Assembly: GCA_046327925.1 (NCBI GenBank)
Contig: JAXLXM010000001.1
Span: forward strand, 555,316 to 619,315
From: Candidatus Binatia bacterium
GTDB lineage: Bacteria; Desulfobacterota; Binatia; HRBIN30
Length of the DNA stretch: 64,000 nucleotides
Direction: 5' to 3'
Shown: piece by piece, positions 19,621 to 28,628 of the stretch
How positions within the stretch are numbered: position 1 is the first letter of the stretch
Layout of the letters: every line of letters starts with the position of its first letter
Position numbers and translations under genes: made by a program
Notes under the pieces: model-generated
What the model was told of the DNA's origin: nothing
The model's database searches: none
Seen by the model: only the letters and a program-made list of their open reading frames with translations

Positions 19621-20223
19621 CTATTCGTCGGCCACCGGGCGTGGCCGTCCAAATCGTCCGCGGCGGTACTCGACCACGACAATGCCGGCATTCGGCGTCA
19701 CCGTCAGCCCCTCCCACGAACCGGAGACATAGGCGCACAACGCTAGCATGACGCCACCGTGGCTGACGACAACGATCTCCTCCCCGATGCTGCCCCGCGC
19801 CAGCCGGTCGAATGCCGGCACCGCCCGCTGGCACACGTCGACGAGCGATTCGCCGCCTGGTGGCCGCCAGTGCCACCGGGGCCCTTCGTGGTACGCCGCA
19901 TCGCTCAGCATGACCGCGTACGGCTGTCCGGCGAACACGCCGAAGCTCTGCTCGCGCAGTGCGACCTCCGGCTGCACTTCGAGTCGCAGCGCCGCGGCGA
20001 GGATCTCCGCCGTCTGCCACGCCCGCGCCAACGGACTGGCCACAATACGCGTCGGACGGTAGAGGCGAACGATGCGCCCGGCGGTGGCATGCGCTTGCCC
20101 GCGGCCGGTGGCCGTCAAAGGCACCTCGGCATCCTGCGTGAACGTCCGATCGCGGTTGCCCTCGCTCTCGCCATGGCGCACGAGAATGAGGCGGGCGGCA
20201 CAAGCGCGGTCCTGCGCAGTCAT
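19621..20223 (-). CDS. Histidine phosphatase (phosphoglycerate mutase-like) family protein
   Basis: RLILVRHGESEGN (RHG catalytic motif), SPL.RA.QTA, and a second His in VVVSHGGV. Length is 200 aa from the ATG at 20223. Confidence 0.8.
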   Translation of the reverse strand: MTAQDRACAARLILVRHGESEGNRDRTFTQDAEVPLTATGRGQAHATAGRIVRLYRPTRIVASPLARAWQTAEILAAALRLEVQPEVALREQSFGVFAGQPYAVMLSDAAYHEGPRWHWRPPGGESLVDVCQRAVPAFDRLARGSIGEEIVVVSHGGVMLALCAYVSGSWEGLTVTPNAGIVVVEYRRGRFGRPRPVADE

Positions 20224-20294
20224 ACGAGGGCAGTCCTGAGATTCCACACGAGCGACACGCTCTCTTAGCGACCCGCGCGGTGGCTGCAAGGCGC

Positions 20295-22052
20295 TCACGG
20301 CTGGGCAGGTAAGCACGTCAGCCGTACCCGGTTGCGATCGACCCGCCCGTCGCTGGCGGTTGCGGAAAGACGAATCCATCCGACACCCGGCGCGTGCCCC
20401 ACCGGCACGACGATGGGAATGGGCGCGGTACAGACATTCTGACTCGCCACGGGGAAGGAGGGGAGCGCCGCGCGGATGGCCGCGGCATTGGCGGCTTCGA
20501 CGGCCCCACCCAAGGGGCTGGGGCGTGGGGATAGTAACTCGTACGCCGCGAGCGGCACATCGGCCGCGCAGCTCGGCAGCCACCGATCGGGCACGTTGAA
20601 ACAGGCGGCGACGCTGAAGGTGCACTGGCCTGGAGTCGGGTCCGTATCGCAGCTCGGATCATTGTCGCGGCACACGGCGCTCGGGAAGGGCAGCGCCGTA
20701 GCAATCCCTGGGGGCGCGATCGTCCATTCGACGAGGCAATCGTTCCGCCGCTGTCCGCCGCCACCCATCGGCTGCATGGAGTTCACCACCGCGGTCAGTG
20801 CCGCAAGTGCGTTGACACGGGGAAAGGTCAGGCCGCTGGCAGCGTCAATAATGGGCGTCCCCGTCGAGGTGAGGACGCCCTCGAGTACGTCCGCCTGCAG
20901 GGTCGGATCCACCGCCAGCAGCAATGCCGCGGTCCCGGTGGCGTGGGGCGCGGCCATCGACGTGCCGCTGTCGAACGAAATCGACCAGCCGGGACCGGTC
21001 GAAACGATGCCCTGGCCGGGGGCCAACAGCGCGAGGGTGGCGTTCCGATTGGTAAACGAAGAAAGGGTGTCCTGCTTGGTCACCGCCCCGACGGCCACCG
21101 CCGCACTCACGCACGCGGGCATGGTCATCTGATCGCGCAGGCCACCATTGCCGGAGGCGGCGAACGTCAATGTACCGCGAGCGCGCAGCGGTGCGATCGC
21201 CTGCTGAAACAGCATGGCGTAGCCATTCGGGTTGGCCCCCTGGTCGCACTGGCCGGGGTAGGCATCGTAACTTGCCAGGCTCATATTCACCGCCTGCACG
21301 TCGGGGCGATTGGCGGCGATCCAGTCGAGCGCGGCAAGCCAGTCCGCAAGGTACCCCGAGTTGTTGTCGGCCAACACCTTGATCGCCACCACGTTCGCAC
21401 CGGGGGCCACGCCCACTGGGGCGACGATACCCTTCGACACGACGATACCCGCCACGTGAGTGCCGTGCACGGCGCTGCTGGCGGCGCTCCCCGGCCCCGA
21501 TTGTCTCCCGCTGCCGTCGGGACAACATCGGCTGGTGGCGCAAAAGCATTCCTCGGCAACGATGCTGCCCGCCAGGTCAGGATGCGTCGCCTCGATGCCG
21601 GTGTCCAATATCGCCACCGTCACCCCTTGTCCCATGTCCTCACGGCGGTGCACGGCATCGGCGCGGATCTGCGGCACACTCTGCGCCAGGGCGGCTCCGC
21701 CGCGCAGCATGGGCTCGACACGCAGCACCCCGGGCTGAGCCAGGAGTTGACGCACCCCCTGCGCCGTGACGGTGGCCGTGAACCCGGTCAGCACCGCGAA
21801 CGGGTGGCGCACGCGCACGGCGGGTGCCGCCAATCGCGACAGTAGCGCCTCGCGGCCTTTCCCGACAATCCGCCGGCGCTCGGTCATGTCGGCATGCGGG
21901 ACCGGCGGTGCGGAAAACACCACGAGGACCTCCGACTCGCCCGCTTCCTCGATCTGGCGGGTGACGAGCGGAGCAAGCCGAGAGGTCTGGCCGAATGCCG
22001 TGGCCGCCACTGCCAGGAAGCAGCACGCCACCAGAGAGCGTGTCGGGCCCAT
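20295..22052 (-). CDS. Secreted subtilisin-like (S8) serine peptidase with an N-terminal propeptide and a C-terminal Cys-rich domain
   Basis: Signal peptide from the ATG at 22052 (MGPTRSLVACCFLAVAATAFG). Triad motifs are AILDTGI (Asp), HGTHVAGI (His) and GTSMAAPH (Ser). The last ~150 aa contain 8 Cys (NDCLVEW...CRDNDPSCD...). Confidence 0.85.
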   Translation of the reverse strand: MGPTRSLVACCFLAVAATAFGQTSRLAPLVTRQIEEAGESEVLVVFSAPPVPHADMTERRRIVGKGREALLSRLAAPAVRVRHPFAVLTGFTATVTAQGVRQLLAQPGVLRVEPMLRGGAALAQSVPQIRADAVHRREDMGQGVTVAILDTGIEATHPDLAGSIVAEECFCATSRCCPDGSGRQSGPGSAASSAVHGTHVAGIVVSKGIVAPVGVAPGANVVAIKVLADNNSGYLADWLAALDWIAANRPDVQAVNMSLASYDAYPGQCDQGANPNGYAMLFQQAIAPLRARGTLTFAASGNGGLRDQMTMPACVSAAVAVGAVTKQDTLSSFTNRNATLALLAPGQGIVSTGPGWSISFDSGTSMAAPHATGTAALLLAVDPTLQADVLEGVLTSTGTPIIDAASGLTFPRVNALAALTAVVNSMQPMGGGGQRRNDCLVEWTIAPPGIATALPFPSAVCRDNDPSCDTDPTPGQCTFSVAACFNVPDRWLPSCAADVPLAAYELLSPRPSPLGGAVEAANAAAIRAALPSFPVASQNVCTAPIPIVVPVGHAPGVGWIRLSATASDGRVDRNRVRLTCLPAQP

Positions 22053-22205
22053 TGTGCCGAGTAGACCGGGAGTCGGGGCCCGGGTCAAGCAAGAGCGCGT
22101 GCCCCGGTACGGTGTGGCGTGGGTGTCGACGCCAGTGCCGGGCACACCTTGCGCAGCGGCGCCGTGAGCAGGTACTGGTAGCATGCGGAGGGAAAGGCAA
22201 GGCGG

Positions 22206-23270
22206 TTGGCGATGCCACGACACGACCCACGGGTCACCGCGGCCGAGAGCGGCAGGCTATTCTTCGTCGGCATTCCCGGTTTGCGGCTGGACCCGGCAAC
22301 ACGGCGGGTGCTCGAACGCCTGCACGTGGGCGGCGTGATTTTGTTCCGGCGCAACTTCGATACGCCCGCACAGATCGCTGAACTCACCGCGGCCCTGCAT
22401 GCGCTCCCCTCGCAGCCGTTGGTGGGCATTGACCACGAAGGAGGGCGTGTACTGCGGCTGGGGGAGCCCTTCACCCAGTTTCCACCGGCCGCACGCGTCG
22501 GCCGCGGCGGCGATGCGACCCTTGCCTTCCGCGTCGGACAGGCCATGGCCGCGGAACTCCGCAGTGTCGGCATCGACCTCAATTTCGCACCGGTGCTCGA
22601 CGTGCATTCGAACCCCGCCAATCCCATCATTGGCGACCGAGCGTTCAGTAGCGATCCCGAGGTCGTCAGCCAGTGCGGCATCGCCATGATGCGCGGCCTG
22701 CTGGCCGGCGGTGTGATTCCCTGCGGCAAGCACTTTCCCGGCCACGGCGATACGGTCGCCGATTCGCATCGCGAGCTCCCGGTAGTGCGGCGCTCGCGGG
22801 CGGAACTGGAGCGAACGGAACTGCGGCCGTTCCGCGCCGCCATCGCGGCGGACATCCCGATGCTGATGACGGCCCACGTGCTATATCCGGCTCTCGATCC
22901 CACCGGCCCGGCCACCGTGTCCACCGCCATCCTCACCGATCTGCTGCGCACCGAGCTACGCTTCGCGGGCGTCATCGTCAGCGACGATCTCGAAATGCGG
23001 GCGATCGCCGATCGCCAGACGATCGCCGCGGCCGCGGTCGCGACGTTGCGAGCCGGCGCCGACGCGCTGCTCGTCTGCCAGGATCTGCGCCAAGCCGCGC
23101 TCGCCGTGCGGGCTGTCGCGCGCGGTGTCGGCGACGGCGCGCTGCCCGCGACCGTGGTGCGGGCCGCGCTTACGCGCCTCGGCCGGCTGCGGCAGCTACG
23201 CCCTGGCGGGTCGCCCCTACCGTGCGCGCTGCCGAGCGCAACCCATCGGGCGCTCGCGCGGAGCTGTTGA
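22206..23270 (+). CDS. nagZ: Beta-N-acetylhexosaminidase (GH3, NagZ-like)
   Basis: GGVILFRRN, GIDHEGGRV, NFAPVLDV and KHFPGHGDT motifs. Length is 354 aa. Confidence 0.8.
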   Translation: MAMPRHDPRVTAAESGRLFFVGIPGLRLDPATRRVLERLHVGGVILFRRNFDTPAQIAELTAALHALPSQPLVGIDHEGGRVLRLGEPFTQFPPAARVGRGGDATLAFRVGQAMAAELRSVGIDLNFAPVLDVHSNPANPIIGDRAFSSDPEVVSQCGIAMMRGLLAGGVIPCGKHFPGHGDTVADSHRELPVVRRSRAELERTELRPFRAAIAADIPMLMTAHVLYPALDPTGPATVSTAILTDLLRTELRFAGVIVSDDLEMRAIADRQTIAAAAVATLRAGADALLVCQDLRQAALAVRAVARGVGDGALPATVVRAALTRLGRLRQLRPGGSPLPCALPSATHRALARSC

Positions 23271-23284
23271 GGCCCGGGACGCCG

Positions 23285-24340
23285 TCATCCGCGGCTCGAT
23301 GCACCAGCCAAGCGCGGTACGCGCAGCAGCCGGCGCAGGCTACCCTTGTACGGCGCGCTCGCCACACCGCGCTCGGTGATGATCGCGCTGACGAGTTGGC
23401 ACGGCGTAACGTCGAAAGCGGGATTCGCGACGACAATGCCGGAGGGTGCGATCCGGCGATCGCCGATGTGCGTCACTTCGCGCGGATCGCGATCTTCGAT
23501 CGGTATGCGGTCACCGTCGGCGCAGGCGAGGTCGATCGTCGAGGTCGGCGCGGCCACCAAGAACGGGATGCGGTGGCGGCGGGCCAGCGCCGCCAAGCCA
23601 TACGTGCCGATCTTGTTGGCGACATCGCCGTTGGCCGCCACCCGGTCGGCGCCGACGATCACGCAGGCGATCTTGCCGGCGCGCATGAAGTGACCGGCCA
23701 TGCCGTCGGTGATCAAAGTGACGGGTATCCGGTCGGCTCGCAGCTCCCATGCGGTCAACCGCGCGCCCTGCAGGAACGGGCGGGTTTCGGTCGCCATCAC
23801 CGAGATGTGCTTGCCGGCCTCCTGGGCCGCACGGACGACGCCGAGCGCCGTCCCGTACCCGGCGGTGGCCAACGCGCCGGCGTTGCAGTGGGTCAAGACC
23901 TGCGCGCCGCGCGGCACTAAGGCCGCCCCGTACCGTCCCAGCGCACGGTTCGCCGCGATATCCTCGCTGTGAATGGACCGGGCCTCGCGTAAGAGCGCCG
24001 CACGGATTTCGTCGGCACTCTGCGCCCGTACGCGATCGAAGGCGTGGCGCATACGGTCGATGGCCCAGAACAGGTTGACCGCGGTCGGCCGCGTGGCGGC
24101 GAAGGTCTCACAGATGCGCTCGAAGCCGCGCGCCACATCGCGCCGCGTCTGGCGCATGCCGAGGGCGATGCCGAAGGCGGCGGCAACGCCGATCGCCGGG
24201 GCGCCACGAATCACCATGTCCTTGATCGCCCGCGCCACCTCGCGGTAGTCGCGGCACACCCGATACACCTCCTGGCCGGGCAACAGCCGCTGATCGATCA
24301 TCACCACGGTTCCGTTGCGCCACTCGATGGTTCGCACCAT
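23285..24340 (-). CDS. mtnA: S-methyl-5-thioribose-1-phosphate isomerase
   Basis: [21 protein letters not shown]...[27 protein letters not shown] and GADR.AANGD.ANKIGTY are MtnA/eIF-2B family signatures. Start set at the ATG at 24340. Confidence 0.85.
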   Translation of the reverse strand: MVRTIEWRNGTVVMIDQRLLPGQEVYRVCRDYREVARAIKDMVIRGAPAIGVAAAFGIALGMRQTRRDVARGFERICETFAATRPTAVNLFWAIDRMRHAFDRVRAQSADEIRAALLREARSIHSEDIAANRALGRYGAALVPRGAQVLTHCNAGALATAGYGTALGVVRAAQEAGKHISVMATETRPFLQGARLTAWELRADRIPVTLITDGMAGHFMRAGKIACVIVGADRVAANGDVANKIGTYGLAALARRHRIPFLVAAPTSTIDLACADGDRIPIEDRDPREVTHIGDRRIAPSGIVVANPAFDVTPCQLVSAIITERGVASAPYKGSLRRLLRVPRLAGASSRG

Positions 24341-24411
24341 GACCTTTCCGTATCCCGTGCTGTAGATATCGGGCGCACGCACGGGGCGTCAAGATAGGCG
24401 CGGACGGGCAA

Positions 24412-24442
24412 TTGACGACACCCCCTTCCCGCCGGGTATAAT
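24412..24442 (+). promoter_or_regulatory. Putative sigma70-type promoter for the radical SAM operon
   Basis: TTGACG (24412-24417) and TATAAT (24437-24442) are separated by 19 nt, which is longer than optimal. Downstream lie GAGGAGG (24468-24474) and the GTG start at 24484. Sequence match only. Confidence 0.35.
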
Positions 24443-24483
24443 ACGGCCATTTCGCTTGACACATCCCGAGGAGGTTCTCGCAG

Positions 24484-25713
24484 GTGGAGATCCAGCAACG
24501 CCCCTATCGATTCCCCGCTATCTATTTCGAGGCCACACGACTGTGCAACTTGCAGTGCGCTGGATGCATGGCGGGCAGCAATCGGCCCGAGCGGGTCCGT
24601 GCCAGCCGCGAAGCGGAACTCAGCTTCGACGAGATCCGGGATCTCGTGCTGGTGCCCGCGAAGCGCCTCGGCGTCCTCGCCATCGGCTGGAGCGGCGGGG
24701 AGTTCCTGCTCCGCAAGGATGCCTTCGATCTCTTCCGGCTGACCGTCGAAATGGGCTATCAGTGCAAGCTGTGCAGCAACGGCGAGCTGTTGACCCGCGA
24801 CCGCTTACTGCAGCTCAAGGAGGCCACCAACGGCAAGATCACCATCGCGCTCGGCCTCAACTCGATGGATGACGCCAATTCCGCGAGCCGCGATGCAGCC
24901 CCCGATCGCACCCTCGAGGTCTTGGACCTGTGCGATGAATTGAAGATCGACCGCCACGTGATCATTACCATCGGCAAGCACAACGCCGAGACCTTCGAAC
25001 AGACGGTCCAGTACCTTGTGGATCGGCGCATCTCCTACAACCGCTCGCCGTTGGTCGCGCGCGGCTCCGGGGGCGAGTTCTTCAACCAGAACGCCTTCGA
25101 CCAGCGTGACCTCAAGGAGAAATTCCATCCCATCCTGCGGCGTCACGTCAACGGCTACGTGAGCTATACCCCGTTCTTCCTGTCGCCGCAGTTGCACGCG
25201 GAGGTCTCGGGGGGCATTCGCAACGGGACCGTGCCCCACAACCCGCCCATCGGCTGCTGGACCGGCACCTGGCTGACGTTGAACGCGGAAGGCGACGTGT
25301 CGGTCTGTCCCGTTCTCCTCGACGTGCTCTCCGCTGGCAACGTTCGCGAGCAACCCCTCGATCGACTGGTCCACGAAAGCGCTCTCTTCGCGACACTGCT
25401 CGATCGCGGGCAGCTCAAGGGCAAGTGCAGCCGCTGTCGCTACCAGTACACCTGCGGCGGTTGCCGAGCGATGGCGTACTTCCACACCGGCGACTACATG
25501 GAAGCCGACCCCACGTGTTTTTTCGAGCCGGTGGACAAGACGACCGTGTGTGAGCACGAAGAAGAAACCAATCGCTTCTTCAAGAAATATCTCATGGTTG
25601 CGCGGTACGTCGGGTTATACCAGCGGCCCGCGGGCGCTGCCGGGCAGCGCCCGGAACGCGTCGTGACGCAGCCGCCGCCGGCCGCCAACGCCGCGACGGC
25701 AAGCGAAGCCTGA
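24484..25713 (+). CDS. Radical SAM / SPASM-domain protein
   Basis: CX3CX2C at the N-terminus (ATRLCNLQCAGC). C-terminal auxiliary-cluster Cys pattern (GCWTG..., VCPV..., KCSRCRYQYTCGGCRAMAY....DPTCFF). GTG start with a GAGGAGG Shine-Dalgarno 9 nt upstream. Confidence 0.85.
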   Translation: MEIQQRPYRFPAIYFEATRLCNLQCAGCMAGSNRPERVRASREAELSFDEIRDLVLVPAKRLGVLAIGWSGGEFLLRKDAFDLFRLTVEMGYQCKLCSNGELLTRDRLLQLKEATNGKITIALGLNSMDDANSASRDAAPDRTLEVLDLCDELKIDRHVIITIGKHNAETFEQTVQYLVDRRISYNRSPLVARGSGGEFFNQNAFDQRDLKEKFHPILRRHVNGYVSYTPFFLSPQLHAEVSGGIRNGTVPHNPPIGCWTGTWLTLNAEGDVSVCPVLLDVLSAGNVREQPLDRLVHESALFATLLDRGQLKGKCSRCRYQYTCGGCRAMAYFHTGDYMEADPTCFFEPVDKTTVCEHEEETNRFFKKYLMVARYVGLYQRPAGAAGQRPERVVTQPPPAANAATASEA

Positions 25714-25751
25714 ATCGCATCCGCGGATTCCCGCGAGGAGAGGAGCCCTCC

Positions 25752-26471
25752 ATGACAACGTCTGCGCTGCAAATCACCTGGCTCGGCCACTCCACGTTTC
25801 GCATTGCCAGCGTCAATGGCCGCACGCTGCTCGTCGACCCCTGGGTGCAAAACAACCCGGCATGTCCGGACGCGGAGAAATCGCCCCGGCCCGTGGATGC
25901 CATGCTCATCACCCATGGCCATTTCGATCATATCGGCGATGCCGTGGACATCGCACTTACGGTGAGGCCGGCCAGTGTCGTCGCCATCTTCGAGACCGCG
26001 GTCTGGCTGGGGAGCAAAGGGGTCGAGAACTGCATCGGCATGAACAAGGGCGGCACAGTCGAAGTCGCCCCCGGCATCTCCGCCACCATGGTCCACGCCG
26101 ACCACTCCTGCGGCATCCAGGACAACGGCCAGATCATTTACGGCGGCGATCCGTGCGGTTATGTCATCGAGTGCGAAAATGGCACGCGGGTGTATCATGC
26201 CGGCGACACGAATGTGTTCGGCGACATGCAGCTTATCGGCGAGCTCTTCCACCCGGACGTCGCCCTGTTGCCGATTGGCGGACTCTACACGATGGGGCCG
26301 CGCCTAGCGGCGCACGCCATCAAGCTGCTCGGCGTCAAGCGCGTGATCCCGATGCACTTCGGCACATTCCCGGCACTCACCGGGACCCCTGCCGCGTTAC
26401 GTGACGCCACCGCCGAGATTCCGGGACTCCAGATCATCGAACTGAAGCCCGGAGAGTCCGCGCACGTATAG
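25752..26471 (+). CDS. MBL-fold metal-dependent hydrolase (UPF0173-like)
   Basis: ITWLGHSTF...LLVDPW...ITHGHFDHIGD (HxHxDH motif) and later HAGDT. Length is 239 aa. It starts 38 nt after the radical SAM gene, with GAGGAG upstream. Confidence 0.8.
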   Translation: MTTSALQITWLGHSTFRIASVNGRTLLVDPWVQNNPACPDAEKSPRPVDAMLITHGHFDHIGDAVDIALTVRPASVVAIFETAVWLGSKGVENCIGMNKGGTVEVAPGISATMVHADHSCGIQDNGQIIYGGDPCGYVIECENGTRVYHAGDTNVFGDMQLIGELFHPDVALLPIGGLYTMGPRLAAHAIKLLGVKRVIPMHFGTFPALTGTPAALRDATAEIPGLQIIELKPGESAHV

Positions 26472-26914
26472 GGGAGTAGCAGGCGGCGCCCGCAATTCTC
26501 ACCGTGCCTATTGGGCGCGAACGCGTCGACTGCCTGCATACAAGGTCGGAGGGCACCAACACTGCCGCGGCCGCCGGCGCTATATCGGGCGAGCAGATAG
26601 CCGATGGCTCCCTCCCGTGCGGGGAGCCGAGTCCGCCGGGGAGGCGCATCCCCCACCCGCCGATCTGACAAAGACTCACGCCTCAACGCCTCGGCGGTAA
26701 CGCGCCGGCGCGGAGAGCTTCGCAACAAGCGGCATCGCTCATGCCGGTCGCGTTCATCGCCCGGTTAGCGTGCCTCGCTGGCTTCGCGAGCGAAGGACTT
26801 TCGTAGAGCCCGAACCGGGCGGTTGGTAGTGTCGCGAATCTGGTGGAAAATGGGAAAAGGCGTCATCTTCCGGCTGTTTCCTAACCCCAACCGTTTGCGG
26901 CCGCTGACCGGCGG

Positions 26915-27601
26915 GTGTCGAAGGGGACGCGCATGTGCGAGAGTAGCAAGGCAGGTAGAGCAGACAAAGCTGAAGTGACGTTCGACCGCGACACGATCGA
27001 ACGGAGCATCCGTAAGCGGGTGCGCGGTATCATCGAGCAGGTGGTGGAAGCGGAGCTCGACGCGGCGCTGGGAGCGCAGGTGTCGCAACGGGTTGGCAAG
27101 CAGCGTCAGCGGTATCGGCACGGATACCGGGAGCGGACGCTGACCACCAGTACGGGGCGGACGACGTCTGCGATGCCCCGCGCCCAGTTGAGAGAACGAG
27201 ACGGGCGCAGCCATGAATGGCGCAGCCAGGCGGTTGCCCGGTACGCGCGGCGCAGCCGGCGCGTCGGTGAAGCGATCGTGGGGGTGTACCTGAGCGGCGC
27301 CAACGCGCGGCACAGCGGCGTGTCGGAGCTGGCGGTGGTGGACGGCACGCCCGGCCTGACGCAGGCGCTGCAGGAGCAGTGGAAGAAGATTCGCATCCAG
27401 CGCTGCACCAACCACACGCTGCGCAACCTCCAAGCCAAGGCCCCGGCGCGGCTGCGCGCGGAGCTCACCGAGGACTTCCGGCGTATGATCCACGCCGAGA
27501 GCGTGGACGAGATCACCAAGCAGCGGAAGAAGTTTGCGAAGAAGTGGAGGCTCAAGTGCGCCGCGGCTGCGGAGACACCCACATTATTGAGCTTCGCGTA
27601 A
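26915..27601 (+). pseudogene. Internally deleted IS256-family (mutator-type) transposase remnant
   Basis: The N-terminal IS256 signature is present (EQVVEAELDAALGA...RYRHGYRERTL.T..G......PR....RY.RR...V.E.IV.VYLSGANAR). It joins directly to the C-terminal part (VDGTPGLTQAL...IQRCTNHTLRNL). The ~150 aa that should carry the first two DDE residues are missing. The result is 228 aa against the expected ~400. Confidence 0.7.
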
Positions 27602-27632
27602 TATAGTGACATAAGCGGCAGCTTGTGGTGTA

Positions 27633-27836
27633 GTGCCCTGCATGGGAAATCCAGCCGGGGTGAAGCGGAACTTCGAGACATTGGAGCGGCGGCGGATGGA
27701 GGGAGCACGCCTGCTGCGACCAGGGATCAAAGAGGCCGAGGTGGCGCGGCGCGGCGGTGCGCATCGGCACTCGGTGAACCGCTGGGCCAGCGAGTTGGCC
27801 GCCAATTGGCAAAGGATCTTCGTATGGAGAAGCTGA
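27633..27836 (+). pseudogene. IS630-like transposase N-terminal HTH fragment
   Basis: LERRRMEGARLLRPGIKEAEVARRGGAHRHSVNRWASEL resembles the HTH N-terminus of IS630-family transposases. Only 67 aa remain, with no DDE domain. Confidence 0.45.
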
Positions 27837-28525
27837 TCTACACGCTGTGGAAATCGGACGCGCAAAGCCCAGAGGCGTTCAAGGCCGACCTGCTCGGCGA
27901 GGTCTCACGGGACCTGTTGCAGCGGGGTGCACGCAAGCTGCGGGTGAGCGTTGTCGATGATGCCGTGGCACCCGCGGCGGCGTTGCGCCAGATCAACAGC
28001 ATTCCAGCGGTCGACGCGGTGGTCTCCCTGTGGGTCGACACCGCACTGTACCGCCGGCCCTACGAGGAAGTCCTGCAATCCGCGAGTGCGCGCGTGGCCG
28101 GCTACCTGGTCACGGAATCCGAGGCCATCGTGAATACCACGCATCCCGCCCGCGACGGCGAGCGCGTTACGGGGATGATGCAGATCGTGTTCCTCACGCG
28201 ACCGCCGCGCCTGTCGTACGCGCACTGGCGCGACCTGTGGGTCGACGACCACACCCCGGTCGGCGTCGAGACCCAGGCTAACTTCGGCTACCGGCAGAAT
28301 ATCGTCGTGCGCCGCCTGACATATGGCGCGCCAGCGTGCGACGGCATCGTCGAGGAGAACTTCCCCGCGGCGGCGATGACGTCACCGCACGCCTTTTACG
28401 ACGCCGCGGGCGACGAGGCCAAGTATCGGGCGCGCCTGCAGCGCATGATGGAGAGCTGCCATCGCTTTATCGATTTCGACAAGATCGACGTGATCATCGC
28501 GAGCGAGTACGTGATCAAGGGGTAG
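27824..28525 (+). CDS. EthD-like domain protein
   Basis: The MEKLIYTLWK... N-terminus is typical of EthD-family proteins. Length is 233 aa from the ATG at 27824. The upstream part of ORF 27623..28525 overlaps the IS630 remnant and is not used. Confidence 0.55.
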   Translation: MEKLIYTLWKSDAQSPEAFKADLLGEVSRDLLQRGARKLRVSVVDDAVAPAAALRQINSIPAVDAVVSLWVDTALYRRPYEEVLQSASARVAGYLVTESEAIVNTTHPARDGERVTGMMQIVFLTRPPRLSYAHWRDLWVDDHTPVGVETQANFGYRQNIVVRRLTYGAPACDGIVEENFPAAAMTSPHAFYDAAGDEAKYRARLQRMMESCHRFIDFDKIDVIIASEYVIKG

Positions 28526-28628
28526 CGCGGCCGGTCAAGCGCGCCCCGTTGCGTTCGGTTGCAACCGCATCGTACCGTGCGATCGCACGGCAGATAGCTG
28601 GCGTGCGATCGGATGGCGGTGACGGAAG

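Noticed and set aside
16446-20203. N-terminal extensions of coaE (to 17429), ino1 (to 20203), HU (to 18147) and others in the ORF track
   Set aside because: The extensions are Arg/Ser/Pro-rich and overlap neighbouring genes. Internal ATG starts give proteins that begin exactly where family homology begins (for example the P-loop of CoaE, and MTKSQL of HU).
26765-27493. 242-aa minus-strand ORF antisense to the IS256 remnant
   Set aside because: There are no motifs and it overlaps a frame with clear transposase homology. It is most likely a non-coding open frame.
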